This document shows, in pieces, positions 1-10,535 of a stretch of 64,000 nt of DNA (the first letter of the stretch is position 1; each line of letters opens with the position of its first letter). The notes under the pieces are model-generated. The model was not told where the DNA came from. It saw nothing but the letters and a program-made list of their open reading frames with translations, and did no database searches. A program made the position numbers and the translations under genes. The stretch is taken from assembly GCA_037481615.1 (NCBI GenBank), contig JBBFLI010000016.1. One strand, written 5' to 3'. This stretch comes from Desulfobacterales bacterium. Lineage in GTDB: Bacteria; Desulfobacterota; Desulfobacteria; Desulfobacterales; SpSt-501.

Positions 1-348
1 CGCCCCGAAGCTGAACTGGGGCGAGGGCGCGGCTCCGGCGGGCGATTCCGGGCCTTCGCCGAGCTGGCTGGTTTTCTTGAGCTCCAGGTAGGCGATGCGG
101 AAGATCCGCGCGAGCGGGCTTCCCGGCAGGCTCTTCGCCTTGGCGAAGGCGCTCGAGAAATCGCGGCTCTTCCAGAAGTACTCGCTGAACTCGGCGGACT
201 CGCGGAACGCCCGTCGGATGTAGCGGAACTTGACGACGATGATCGCCCAGGTGGCGACGGAGAAAAACAGCAGAATCGCCATGACGAGCTGGACGACCAG
301 CCCCGCGTTGCGGATCATCAGGATCAGGTCGAGGGATGAAAAGTCCAT
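1..348 (-). CDS. MotA/TolQ/ExbB-family proton channel protein, N-terminal part (gene continues past the left edge)
   Basis: Own minus-strand translation from the ATG at 346-348: MDFSSLDLILMIRNAGLVVQLVMAILLFFSVATWAIIVVKFRYIRRAFRESAEFSEYFW... This has a TolQ-like N-terminal TM helix and layout. Confidence 0.6.
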   Translation of the reverse strand, partial: MDFSSLDLILMIRNAGLVVQLVMAILLFFSVATWAIIVVKFRYIRRAFRESAEFSEYFWKSRDFSSAFAKAKSLPGSPLARIFRIAYLELKKTSQLGEGPESPAGAAPSPQFSFGA

Positions 349-664
349 GCGTCGCGTTCGATCCTCCTTGAGGTTTTTCCCGGGTTTCGGAACGTGAGGT
401 CGCGCAGGACGGGACTGTGTGCGGCCGGTTTCCGCCCGGCTCCTGCCGCAGCCGACGCTCGAGGCCGGAGGCCCGAAAGCAGTACCGTGGCGGCGGTTCC
501 TGAAATCCGATTATTGTAGCCGAAAATGGAAAAATGTCAAAAGCCTTCGAAAACCGGTTGCTTTTTCCCGGGGGGCGTCATAGCAGGCTGTCAAAAATCG
601 GCCTGGATCGCGCCGCTCGGGGGGCCCCCCCGCGGCGCCGAGAACGCGAAAGGAACGTCTTTCC

Positions 665-1261
665 ATGAAGCGCATCGCCCAGTTTCTCTTCGAAGCCCGC
701 ATGCTCAAAGAGATTCCACGATCGGGCTTTCCCTTCCTGGGATCCGGCCGCGAGACGGTCGCCGAGCACGTGTACATGACCGCCCTGATCGGCTGGAGCC
801 TGGCGCAGATGACCCCCGGCGCGGACGCGGGCCGGGTTGTCGCGCTTTGCCTGGCCCATGACCTGCCCGAGGCGCGCACCGGGGACCTGAACTCGGTGCA
901 CAAGCATTACGTCCGCGCCGACGAGGAGCGGGCCGCGGCCGATCTCGCCCGCGGATTGCCGTTCGAGGCGGAGCTCGAGGAGCTGCTCGCCGAGTTCCGC
1001 TCCGGCCGCAGCCCGGAAGCCGCGCTCGCCCGCGACGCCGACCAGTTGAGCCTGATCCTCGACCTCAAGGATCTCCAGGACATCGGCTTTGCCGGGCCCC
1101 GCGATTGGCTCCCCTACGTGCTCGGCCGGCTGAAGACCGAAGCCGGCAAATCCCTCGCCCGGGCGGTTTTGGAGACCCCCCGGGACGCCTGGTGGCGGCC
1201 CGCCGCGGACGCCCACGAAGCCGAAAGAAACCCCGGAGGGGGGCCCGCCGCGGGTGGTTGA
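665..1261 (+). CDS. HD-domain hydrolase (YfbR-like 5'-nucleotidase family)
   Basis: 198-aa ORF with the metal-ligand pattern AEHV...LAHDLPEARTGD typical of HD_3 proteins. Confidence 0.7.
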   Translation: MKRIAQFLFEARMLKEIPRSGFPFLGSGRETVAEHVYMTALIGWSLAQMTPGADAGRVVALCLAHDLPEARTGDLNSVHKHYVRADEERAAADLARGLPFEAELEELLAEFRSGRSPEAALARDADQLSLILDLKDLQDIGFAGPRDWLPYVLGRLKTEAGKSLARAVLETPRDAWWRPAADAHEAERNPGGGPAAGG

Positions 1262-1287
1262 CAAGGCGTCGATCGCGGGTCTAAAAG
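1258..1287 (+). promoter_or_regulatory. Candidate sigma-70 promoter for sdhCAB (TTGACA-N18-TAAAAG)
   Basis: Perfect -35 hexamer at 1258-1263 overlapping the HD gene stop. An A/T-rich -10 lies at 1282-1287, about 30 nt upstream of the sdhC ATG. Confidence 0.3.
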
Positions 1288-1318
1288 TGTCATTTCGCGG
1301 AAACACTCACCGGGAGCC

Positions 1319-1966
1319 ATGACGATGAGCTGGTTGTTCTCTCTCCTGGGGTCTTCGGTCGGCAAGAAATGGATGATGGCCGTGACCGGCTTCGCCTTTC
1401 TCGGCTTTCTCGCCGCCCACTTCGCAGGCAACCTGACCGTCTTCGGCGGGCGCGACGCCTTCAACGGGTACGCCGAGCGGCTGCAATCCCTGGGCCCGAT
1501 CCTGCACCTCTTCCGCGCCGGGCTGATCGCCTGTGCGCTCGTGCACATCACGACGGGGATCACCCTGTTCTTCCAGAACCGCGGGGCAAGGCCGATCGGC
1601 TACCAGGTTTCCACGAGCGCCGGCGGCCGCACCCTGGGCTCCCGCACCATGCCCTATTCGGGGCTGCTGATCCTCGCCTTCGTCGTCTTCCACCTCTTCC
1701 ACTTCACCTTCGTGGACAAGACATCGATCACGATCTTCGAGCGGGTGGTCGCGGCCTTCCGCCAGCCCGCGCTCGCGGCCCTCTACAGCGCGATGATGAT
1801 CGTCGTCGCCTTTCACGTCCGGCATGGCTTCTGGAGCGCCTTCCAGACGCTCGGCCTCCACCACCCCAAATACATGCCCTGGATCTTCGCCCTGAGCCTC
1901 GCGGCCGCTTTCGGAACGGCGATCGGCTTCGGCGCCCTGCCGATTCTCGTCGCCGCGCGGATGTAG
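1319..1966 (+). CDS. sdhC: Succinate dehydrogenase/fumarate reductase cytochrome b subunit (single-subunit anchor, type B)
   Basis: 215-aa polytopic membrane ORF with conserved His residues, immediately upstream of the flavoprotein and Fe-S subunits. Confidence 0.8.
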   Translation: MTMSWLFSLLGSSVGKKWMMAVTGFAFLGFLAAHFAGNLTVFGGRDAFNGYAERLQSLGPILHLFRAGLIACALVHITTGITLFFQNRGARPIGYQVSTSAGGRTLGSRTMPYSGLLILAFVVFHLFHFTFVDKTSITIFERVVAAFRQPALAALYSAMMIVVAFHVRHGFWSAFQTLGLHHPKYMPWIFALSLAAAFGTAIGFGALPILVAARM

Positions 1967-1996
1967 CCCGGGCGGCACCGAAGGGAGAACGCACCC

Positions 1997-3906
<1,910 letters not shown>

Positions 3907-3910
<4 letters not shown>

Positions 3911-4671
3911 GCCAACGCATCCGTCTGACCCTGAAGATCTGGCGCCAGAAGGGGCCCGCGGATCCGGGTCACTTCGAGACCTTCGCGGCGGAGGACATCT
4001 CGACGGACATGTCCTTTCTCGAGATGCTCGACGTGGTGAACGAGAAACTGACCCTCGAGGGGCGGGAGCCCGTCGCCTTCGACCACGACTGCCGGGAGGG
4101 GATCTGCGGTTCCTGCGGGGCGGTGGTGAACGGCCGGCCGCACGGCCACCTGCGCGGGACGACGCTTTGTCAGCTCCACATGCGCCATTTCCGCGACGGC
4201 GACACGATCGTGATCGAGCCCTTCCGCGCCCGGGCCTTCCCGGTGATCAAGGATCTCGTGGTGGATCGCAGCGCGCTCGACCGCCTCATCCAATCGGGCG
4301 GGTTCGTCTCGGTGAACACCGGCAGCGCACCGGAGGCGAATACGCTCCCCGTGCCGCCCGATCGCGCGGAGCGGGCGATGGACGCGGCGGCCTGCATCGG
4401 CTGCGGGGCCTGCGTCGCGGCCTGCCCGAACGCCTCGGCCATGCTCTTCACGAGCGCCAAGGTCTCCCATCTCGCCCTGCTGCCGCAGGGCCGCCCCGAG
4501 GCCGCCCGCCGCGTGCTCTCGATGGTGCGCGCCATGGACGCCTGCGGGTTCGGCAACTGTTCCAACCACCGCGAGTGCGAAATGACCTGCCCCAAGGAAA
4601 TCTCGATCGTGCACATCGCCCGCCTGAACCGGGAGGCGCTCAAGGCGGGATTCCTCTCCCCCGAGCGGTGA
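3907..4671 (+). CDS. sdhB: Succinate dehydrogenase/fumarate reductase iron-sulfur subunit
   Basis: 254 aa with Cys clusters [10 protein letters not shown] and [13 protein letters not shown] 4-nt overlap with sdhA suggests translational coupling. Confidence 0.9.
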
Positions 4672-4681
4672 CCCGCGCGGG

Positions 4682-5953
4682 TCACTCCTCGAGCAGCTCG
4701 CGCACCTTGCCGAGCAGCGCCGGGATGTCGAAGGGCTTGGGGAGCACGTGGGTGAAGCCGAGCCGGGCGAGCTCGGCGAGCTTGGGGTGCCCGGGGAACC
4801 CCGTCGTCAAGATCACCTTCATCCCCGCGAGCGCCGGCTCGGCGCGAATGTGCCGGCAGACCTCGACGCCGTCCATCTCCGGCATCAGCACATCGAGCAG
4901 GACCAGCGCCGGCCGCCACGTCCCCAGGCGGATCAGGGCCTCGATGCCGTTGACGGCCTCCTCGAGCAGGTAGCGACGCGGCATCGCGAGCGCTTCCAAC
5001 AGGATGTGCCGCACGAGCGGGTCGTCGTCCACGACGAGGATCCGCGGCGCCTTCTTCTGCATCGGGGTGGGCAGCTTGAGGCGGAAGACCGCCCCGCCGC
5101 CGGGACGGTTTTCGAAGTCGATCGACCCGCCGTGGGCCCGCGCCAGGCGCTCGCTGACCGAGAGGCCGAGCCCCGTGCCGCCCTGGGCCTGCTTGTCGGT
5201 CACGAAGGGGAGAAAGATGCGTTCGGCGATTTCGGCGGCGACCCCGCGGCCGTTGTCCGCGACACTCACCTGGACGCAGCCGTCCCGCAGGGAAAACTCC
5301 GTCCGCACCGAGACCTCGCCGTGGTCGTGGTCGATCGCCTGGACGGCGTTGACGAGGAGGTTGACCACGATCTGCTCGAGGTTCTGCAGGTTCGCCTCGA
5401 TGGCGGGCAGCTCGGAGGCGAGCTCGAGCTGGAGCCGAACGCCGGCGCGGCTGAACGTGCTCTGACACAGCCGCAGCGCGTTGTTCACCGCCGCATTGAC
5501 ATCCAGCGGTTCGCGTTCGGCGGGGTCGCTCTGGCGCGAGAACCGCTTGAGCTCGCCCACGATGCGCACCACGCGCTGGGCCGCGAGCTCCATGTCGGCG
5601 ATCAGCTGCGGCATCCGCTGTTCGAGGAAGGCGGCCGTGAGCCCCCCGAAGCGGCGTTCGGCGTCGCGTCGGCTTTCCTCGCGCAGAAGCGGCAGGAGAT
5701 CGGCCCACGTCTTGCGCAACAGCGGCAGGTTGTAGAGGATGAGGCCGATCGGGTTGTTGATCTCGTGGGCGACGCCGGCGACCAGCGTGCCCAGGGTTTC
5801 CATCTTCTGGGCCTGCTCGAGCTGCCGTTCCAGCTCGGAGAGCTGCTGCTCGCGTTGCCTGAGCAGGCCCTCCAGGCGCCGGCACTCGGCGCGCATCTCC
5901 GCGAGGGCCGGCCCGGGGGCATCGCTCCTGCGGGAGGGGGCGTCGTCCTTCAT
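4682..5953 (-). CDS. Hybrid sensor histidine kinase (coiled coil, HisKA, HATPase_c, C-terminal receiver)
   Basis: 423 aa with H-box VAGVAHEINNP, ATPase G-boxes (DNGRGV, GGTGLGLS) and a receiver domain (ILVVDDD...LLDVLMPEMDG). No TM segment or recognisable sensor domain. Confidence 0.85.
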   Translation of the reverse strand: MKDDAPSRRSDAPGPALAEMRAECRRLEGLLRQREQQLSELERQLEQAQKMETLGTLVAGVAHEINNPIGLILYNLPLLRKTWADLLPLLREESRRDAERRFGGLTAAFLEQRMPQLIADMELAAQRVVRIVGELKRFSRQSDPAEREPLDVNAAVNNALRLCQSTFSRAGVRLQLELASELPAIEANLQNLEQIVVNLLVNAVQAIDHDHGEVSVRTEFSLRDGCVQVSVADNGRGVAAEIAERIFLPFVTDKQAQGGTGLGLSVSERLARAHGGSIDFENRPGGGAVFRLKLPTPMQKKAPRILVVDDDPLVRHILLEALAMPRRYLLEEAVNGIEALIRLGTWRPALVLLDVLMPEMDGVEVCRHIRAEPALAGMKVILTTGFPGHPKLAELARLGFTHVLPKPFDIPALLGKVRELLEE

Positions 5954-6387
5954 GGGTCGAGCGGGGGGTTCCCGGGTGCGGCGGGATCCTCTTCGGCCCG
6001 GAGACGCTCCGCCGTGAAGCGCAGGACGCGCGGCAGCGGGGCCTCCGCCCGCATCCCCGGGCAGACCGCGGCCATGACCCGCCAGTTTCCGGGGTCACGC
6101 AGCAGGCTCTCGATGAAGGGCCAGCGGCGGCACATGCGCGGCTTGACGGGGTGGATGCGGCAGAGCCCCTCCCAGAAGACGCAATAGCCGTCTTCGCGCT
6201 GGCCGATCAGGAAGCGCTTTCCCGCCGGCAGGCAGAAGTCTTCCCGCACCCGGTCGGGGGTCTGGTTCAGGAAGCGGGCGATCGCGGCGATGTCCCCTTC
6301 GTCCACGACGGTGCCGCCGTAGCCCCTGCAGCAGTCGCCGCAGCGCCGGCAGACGAAGAGATCGGGGGCCTCCTCATCCCAGCGCAT
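5950..6387 (-). CDS. YkgJ-family cysteine-cluster (Zn/Fe-chelating) protein
   Basis: 145 aa with CRRCGDCC near the N-terminus and further conserved Cys residues (GYCVF, LCRIHPVKPRMCR). An ATGA overlap joins it to the kinase gene. Confidence 0.7.
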   Translation of the reverse strand: MRWDEEAPDLFVCRRCGDCCRGYGGTVVDEGDIAAIARFLNQTPDRVREDFCLPAGKRFLIGQREDGYCVFWEGLCRIHPVKPRMCRRWPFIESLLRDPGNWRVMAAVCPGMRAEAPLPRVLRFTAERLRAEEDPAAPGNPPLDP

Positions 6388-6976
6388 GGCGCGCCTCCAG
6401 GGCTTTCCTGAGCGTCACCGGGTCCACGTATTTGAGATCCCCGCCCACGGGCACGCCGGAGGCGATGCGCGAGACGACGACGGGAAACGAGGCCAGCCGG
6501 GCGGCCAGGTAGGCCGCCGTCGCTTCCCCCTCGACGCCGGTCGATGTCGCGATCACCACCTCCCGCACGCCGCCCGCCGCCACGCGGGCGAGCAGCTCCG
6601 CGATGCGCAGGTTCTCCGGTCCGACGCCGCTCAGAGGGGAGATCGCCCCGAGCAGCACGTGGTAGAGACCGCGGAACGCACCCGACCGTTCCAGGACGGC
6701 CAGGTCGGCAGGCTGCTCGACCACGCAGAGGAGCGAGGCGTCGCGCGCGGGGTCGGAGCAGACCGCGCAGAGTTCGGCGGCGCTCAGCGCAAAGCAGCGG
6801 CTGCAAAGGCGGACGCCGCGGCGGGCCTCGACCAGGCTGCGCGAGAGCTCCTCGACCCAGCCCTCCGGGGCGGTGAGCACGTACTGCGCCAGCCGCTCGG
6901 CCGTCTTTTCCCCCACGCCGGGAAGGCGCGTGAGCAGCGTGATCAGCCGCCGCAGCGGCGCCGGGTGCGGGTCCAT
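6374..6976 (-). CDS. recR: Recombination protein RecR
   Basis: Start chosen at MDPHPAPLRRLI (CAT at 6974-6976). It has the helix-hairpin-helix motif LPGVGEKTAERL, the Zn finger CSRC...CAVC and a Toprim domain. The upstream part of the 307-aa ORF is Arg/Gly junk. Confidence 0.9.
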   Translation of the reverse strand: MDPHPAPLRRLITLLTRLPGVGEKTAERLAQYVLTAPEGWVEELSRSLVEARRGVRLCSRCFALSAAELCAVCSDPARDASLLCVVEQPADLAVLERSGAFRGLYHVLLGAISPLSGVGPENLRIAELLARVAAGGVREVVIATSTGVEGEATAAYLAARLASFPVVVSRIASGVPVGGDLKYVDPVTLRKALEARHALG

Positions 6977-6978
6977 GG

Positions 6979-7293
6979 TCACATCCCCCCCCCCGGCAGG
7001 GTCAGACCGCCGGTCAGCTTTCCCATTTCCGCCGCCGCCATCTCCCGGGAACGCCCGAGGGCGTCGTTCACGGCGGCCAGCACGAGATCCTGCAAGAGCT
7101 CCACATCCTTCGGGTCGACCACCTCGGGTTCGATCGCGAGCGAGACGATCTCCTGCCGGCCGTTCACGACGACCCGGACCATGCCGCCTCCGGAGGAGGC
7201 CTCGACGGTCCGGGACGCCAGCTCTTCCTGCAGTTTGAGCATGCGTGCCTGCAGTTTTTGCGCTTCGCGGAGCATGTTGCCCATCGATTTCAT
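6979..7293 (-). CDS. ybaB: YbaB/EbfC nucleoid-associated DNA-binding protein
   Basis: 104-aa protein MKSMGNMLREAQKLQARMLKLQEEL... found as the C-terminal tail of the 6979..9150 ORF frame. The dnaX-ybaB-recR order is classical. Confidence 0.9.
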   Translation of the reverse strand: MKSMGNMLREAQKLQARMLKLQEELASRTVEASSGGGMVRVVVNGRQEIVSLAIEPEVVDPKDVELLQDLVLAAVNDALGRSREMAAAEMGKLTGGLTLPGGGM

Positions 7294-8918
7294 GCATCCT
7301 CCTCGGGGTTCACGGAAACGTCGATCAGCCGGCCGTCGAAGAGCTCCATCGCGTCGGTGATCAGCGGGTGGTTCAGGGTTTCCCGGGCCTTGGCGCGCCG
7401 ATCGCGTCGGGGGCGGGCCGGATCCCCCTGCCGCGGGGATTTCGCGGTGAGCCGGATCTCCGGGTCCCCGCCGAAGACCTCGGCGCAGACGCGTCGCAGG
7501 ACGGCAAGCGGCTTTTCGCGCGACAGGCTCTGCCGCAAAAAATCGTTTCCGCCGGGGTCGATCTCGATCCGCTCGGGACCGGCGGTCACGAGCCGCGCGC
7601 GTCTCAGCGCGGCGGCAAGGCTGGGGAGATCCTCGGCCACGCGCCGGGCCACCTCCGGCCAGCCCTCCGTCCCGGCCGCCGTGGGGGCGGCGGGTCGCGC
7701 CGGTTGCCGTGTTGGGGGCTCCCCGGCCGGCGGGGCGTCGGCGGGCAGACCCCCGGGGGCCTTGCCCTCCCCCTCGAGCGAGGCCCGCAGCCGCTCGAGC
7801 TTCTGGATCAAGGCGTCGATCGAAAGCCAGTCGCGGCTGCGCAGCCAGCGGAAAAAGACCATCTCCACGGCGAGCCGCGGCTGGGCGGCAAGGCGCACCG
7901 AGGGCTCCTCGCGAAAGAAGATCTCGAGCGCGCCCTCCAGCGCGGCTTCCGGAAACTGCGCTGCGAGCGCCGCGAGCGCCTGGCGCTCCGCCTCCGGGCA
8001 ATCGACGAGGCGGGATCCCTGAGGGCTGCTGCGCAGCACCCAGAGATCCCGCAGGGCCCCGAGCATCTCGGCGTAGAGCTTTTTCAGGTCGTGCCCCCGC
8101 TCGTGCAAATCCTCGAGCGCGGCGAGAAAGCGCGCGGCATCCCCCGCGAGACAGGCCGAGAGCAACTCGTGGATCCGCCGGCGGTCGACGAGGCCGAGCG
8201 TTTCGAGCACCTGGCCGGCGCCGAGCGACGATTCCCCGCTCGCGAGGACCTGGTCGAGCAGGCTCAGGGCGTCGCGCAGGCTGCCGTCGGCTTCGCGGGC
8301 GATCGCCTCGAGCCCCTGCGGTTCGATCTCCACCCCTTCGGAGCGGCACACCGCGGCGAGCCGCTCCACCAGCTGCGCGACCGGGATCCGCCGCAGGTCG
8401 AAGCGCTGGCAACGGGAGAGGATCGTCGCCGGAATCTTTTGGGCTTCTGTCGTCGCAAAGAAGAAGAGCACATGGGCGGGCGGCTCTTCGAGCGTCTTCA
8501 ACAGGGCGTTGAAGGCCGAGGTGCTCAGCATGTGCACCTCGTCGATGATGTAGATCTTGTAGCGGCTGTGCGCCGGCAGGTACTTGAGGTTCTCGCGCAG
8601 TTCGCGGATCTGCTCGACGTTGTTGTTCGAGGCGCCGTCGATTTCGTAGACGTCGGTGCCGCGGCCGGCGAGCAGATCGAGGCAGGATCGGCAGCGGTTG
8701 CATGGATCGGGCGCGGGCCCGTTCTCGCAGTTCACGGCTCGGGCGAGGATGCGGGCGATGGTGGTCTTTCCGGTGCCGCGGGGTCCGGCGAAGAGGATGG
8801 CGTGCGCCAGGCGCCCCGAGGAAAGGGCGTTGCAGAGCGTCTGCGTCACGTGACCCTGCGCTGCCACGTCCGCAAAGCTCCGGGGGCGGTACTTGCGTGC
8901 GAAAACGAGGTATGACAT
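7290..8918 (-). CDS. dnaX: DNA polymerase III subunit gamma/tau
   Basis: 542 aa starting MSYLVFARKYRPRSFADV, with Walker A GPRGTGKTT and the Zn module CNRCRSC. Confidence 0.95.
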   Translation of the reverse strand: MSYLVFARKYRPRSFADVAAQGHVTQTLCNALSSGRLAHAILFAGPRGTGKTTIARILARAVNCENGPAPDPCNRCRSCLDLLAGRGTDVYEIDGASNNNVEQIRELRENLKYLPAHSRYKIYIIDEVHMLSTSAFNALLKTLEEPPAHVLFFFATTEAQKIPATILSRCQRFDLRRIPVAQLVERLAAVCRSEGVEIEPQGLEAIAREADGSLRDALSLLDQVLASGESSLGAGQVLETLGLVDRRRIHELLSACLAGDAARFLAALEDLHERGHDLKKLYAEMLGALRDLWVLRSSPQGSRLVDCPEAERQALAALAAQFPEAALEGALEIFFREEPSVRLAAQPRLAVEMVFFRWLRSRDWLSIDALIQKLERLRASLEGEGKAPGGLPADAPPAGEPPTRQPARPAAPTAAGTEGWPEVARRVAEDLPSLAAALRRARLVTAGPERIEIDPGGNDFLRQSLSREKPLAVLRRVCAEVFGGDPEIRLTAKSPRQGDPARPRRDRRAKARETLNHPLITDAMELFDGRLIDVSVNPEEDA

Positions 8919-8961
8919 CGATGCCTACAGCGGGTTCGCTCGGAGGGGAAGAAGCGGGGAG

Positions 8962-9055
8962 TGGCGGAGAGAGTGGGATTCGAACCCACGGTGCCGTTTC
9001 AAGCGGCACACACGATTTCCAGTCGTGTTCCTTCGGCCAGCTCGGACATCTCTCC
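8962..9055 (-). tRNA. tRNA-Ser (anticodon GGA), long variable arm, CCA encoded
   Basis: The reverse complement reads GGAGAGATGTCCGAGCTGG...CT-GGA-AA...GGTTCGAATCCCACTCTCTCCGCCA. The acceptor stem GGAGAGA/TCTCTCC pairs. Confidence 0.9.
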
Positions 9056-9121
9056 GCAGACGGATCCTCCTCGGAACCCCCCCGCCCGGCCGCCGTCCGA
9101 CGGGGCAGGCCGCCGGCGGGG

Positions 9122-9215
<94 letters not shown>

Positions 9216-9250
9216 CCGCTGCCGGCGCAAAACGCTGCGAACATTTCAAC

Positions 9251-10024
9251 CTATCGATTCCGGGGGTCGAAGTCAACGGGCGGATGCGGGCGGGGCGCGG
9301 AGTCGATCTCCAAGCAGGCCTGCACCTCCGGGGTGTACCGCCCTTGCGCATCGAAGAGCCGCAGGGGGGGTTCGACGAGCAGGCCGGGGCGCCCGCCGCG
9401 CCGGGCTTCGGCCAGCACCATGCGCGCCGCATGGCGCTCGGAGCCGTGGACGAAGCGCAGCCGCTTCGGCTCGAGGCCCGCCCCCCGCATGCCGCAGAGC
9501 AGGTCCGCCGTGCGGCCGGCGTCGTAGACGAGCGCCAACCTCCCGCCGGGATCGAGCAACCGGCGCGCCGCCTGCAGGAGATCGTCGAGGCCCAAGGTGA
9601 TCTCGTGCCGGGCGACGGCGCGCCCGCCGTCCCGGCAGACCCGCCCCTTGCCCGGGGCGCGGAACGGCGGGTTGCTCACGACCCAGTCGAAGCCGCCCCC
9701 CAGCTCCCGACGGCTCATCCGGCGCAAGTCGCCCGCGACCACCTCGATGACCGGGGAAAACCCGTTTCCGCTCACGTTCTCGCGCGCCAGCTGCACGAGA
9801 TCCTCCTGGAGTTCGACGGCGACGATGTTCGTTTTCGGGCAGCGGGAGGCGAGCAGCAGGGCGATGATGCCGCAGCCGGTCCCGAGATCGGCGATGCGCT
9901 GGCCCGGCCGCGGCCGGAGAAACGCGGCAAGGACCACGGCGTCGATGGAAAAGCGGTAGCCGCAGCGGGGCTGTCGGACCCGCAGCCTCCCCCCGCAGAA
10001 GAGATCTTCGGTGGACGCCTTCAT
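9251..10024 (-). CDS. SAM-dependent methyltransferase, tRNA1(Val) m6A37 (TrmN6/YfiC)-like
   Basis: Start at MKASTEDLF (CAT at 10022-10024, ATGA overlap with the upstream gene). It has the SAM motif DLGTGCGIIAL and the NPPF catalytic motif. Confidence 0.75.
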   Translation of the reverse strand: MKASTEDLFCGGRLRVRQPRCGYRFSIDAVVLAAFLRPRPGQRIADLGTGCGIIALLLASRCPKTNIVAVELQEDLVQLARENVSGNGFSPVIEVVAGDLRRMSRRELGGGFDWVVSNPPFRAPGKGRVCRDGGRAVARHEITLGLDDLLQAARRLLDPGGRLALVYDAGRTADLLCGMRGAGLEPKRLRFVHGSERHAARMVLAEARRGGRPGLLVEPPLRLFDAQGRYTPEVQACLEIDSAPRPHPPVDFDPRNR

Positions 10025-10344
10025 GCCCTCAACGGTCCGATCCTCAGGATCATTTCGCGGATGACCGTTTTCCCGAGCAGCCGGTTGATCGCCCCGATGA
10101 GCTCGGCGCGCCGCAAGTGCAGGTGATGCAGCCAGGAGGAGCTCTCGACGTGCACGACCAGCGTCGCCCCGCGAAAGGCCGCCGGACGGGCGTGACGGGC
10201 GGTTTCTGCGCCGACCGCTTCCTCCCAGAGGCGGAACAGGCGCACCGTCTCCTCTTCGCCGGCAGGGCGGAGGGTGCGCATCAGCGCGGGGAGGAGCTCT
10301 CCCAGGGATTGCGCTTGCCGCGGGGGTCGTCCGCCTCGATCCAT
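10021..10344 (-). CDS. DUF721 (DciA-like) protein
   Basis: 107-aa ORF. Its size and the motif pattern ...ARHARPAAFRGATLVVHVESSSWLHHLHL... are typical of DUF721 proteins. Confidence 0.6.
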   Translation of the reverse strand: MDRGGRPPRQAQSLGELLPALMRTLRPAGEEETVRLFRLWEEAVGAETARHARPAAFRGATLVVHVESSSWLHHLHLRRAELIGAINRLLGKTVIREMILRIGPLRA

Positions 10345-10408
10345 CGACGGGGATTATGGCGGGATGCTCACGATCCGTCAATCGGGGGCCCGCCGCGGCC
10401 GATTTCTC

Positions 10409-10437
10409 TTGACTTGGCCCGCCCCCTCTTTTATCAG
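10409..10437 (+). promoter_or_regulatory. Candidate sigma-70 promoter for hflKC (TTGACT-N17-TATCAG)
   Basis: Hexamers at 10409-10414 and 10432-10437, about 100 nt upstream of the hflK ATG. Confidence 0.3.
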
Positions 10438-10535
10438 GAAGAAGGGTCGATCATCGCCGTCATCGATCGTCTCCTTCGCCTCGCCCGCCGTTTCTTCGGC
10501 TTTCCCGTTGCAGAAACAGGAAAAGGACACAGCTC

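Noticed and set aside
7290-8918. Possible programmed -1 frameshift site in dnaX producing gamma, as at the E. coli A-AAA-AAG site.
   Set aside because: The only similar site I saw is CTG-AAA-AAG (around 8055-8063, minus strand). It has five A, not the required A-AAA-AAG heptamer, and no obvious downstream hairpin. I did not scan exhaustively.
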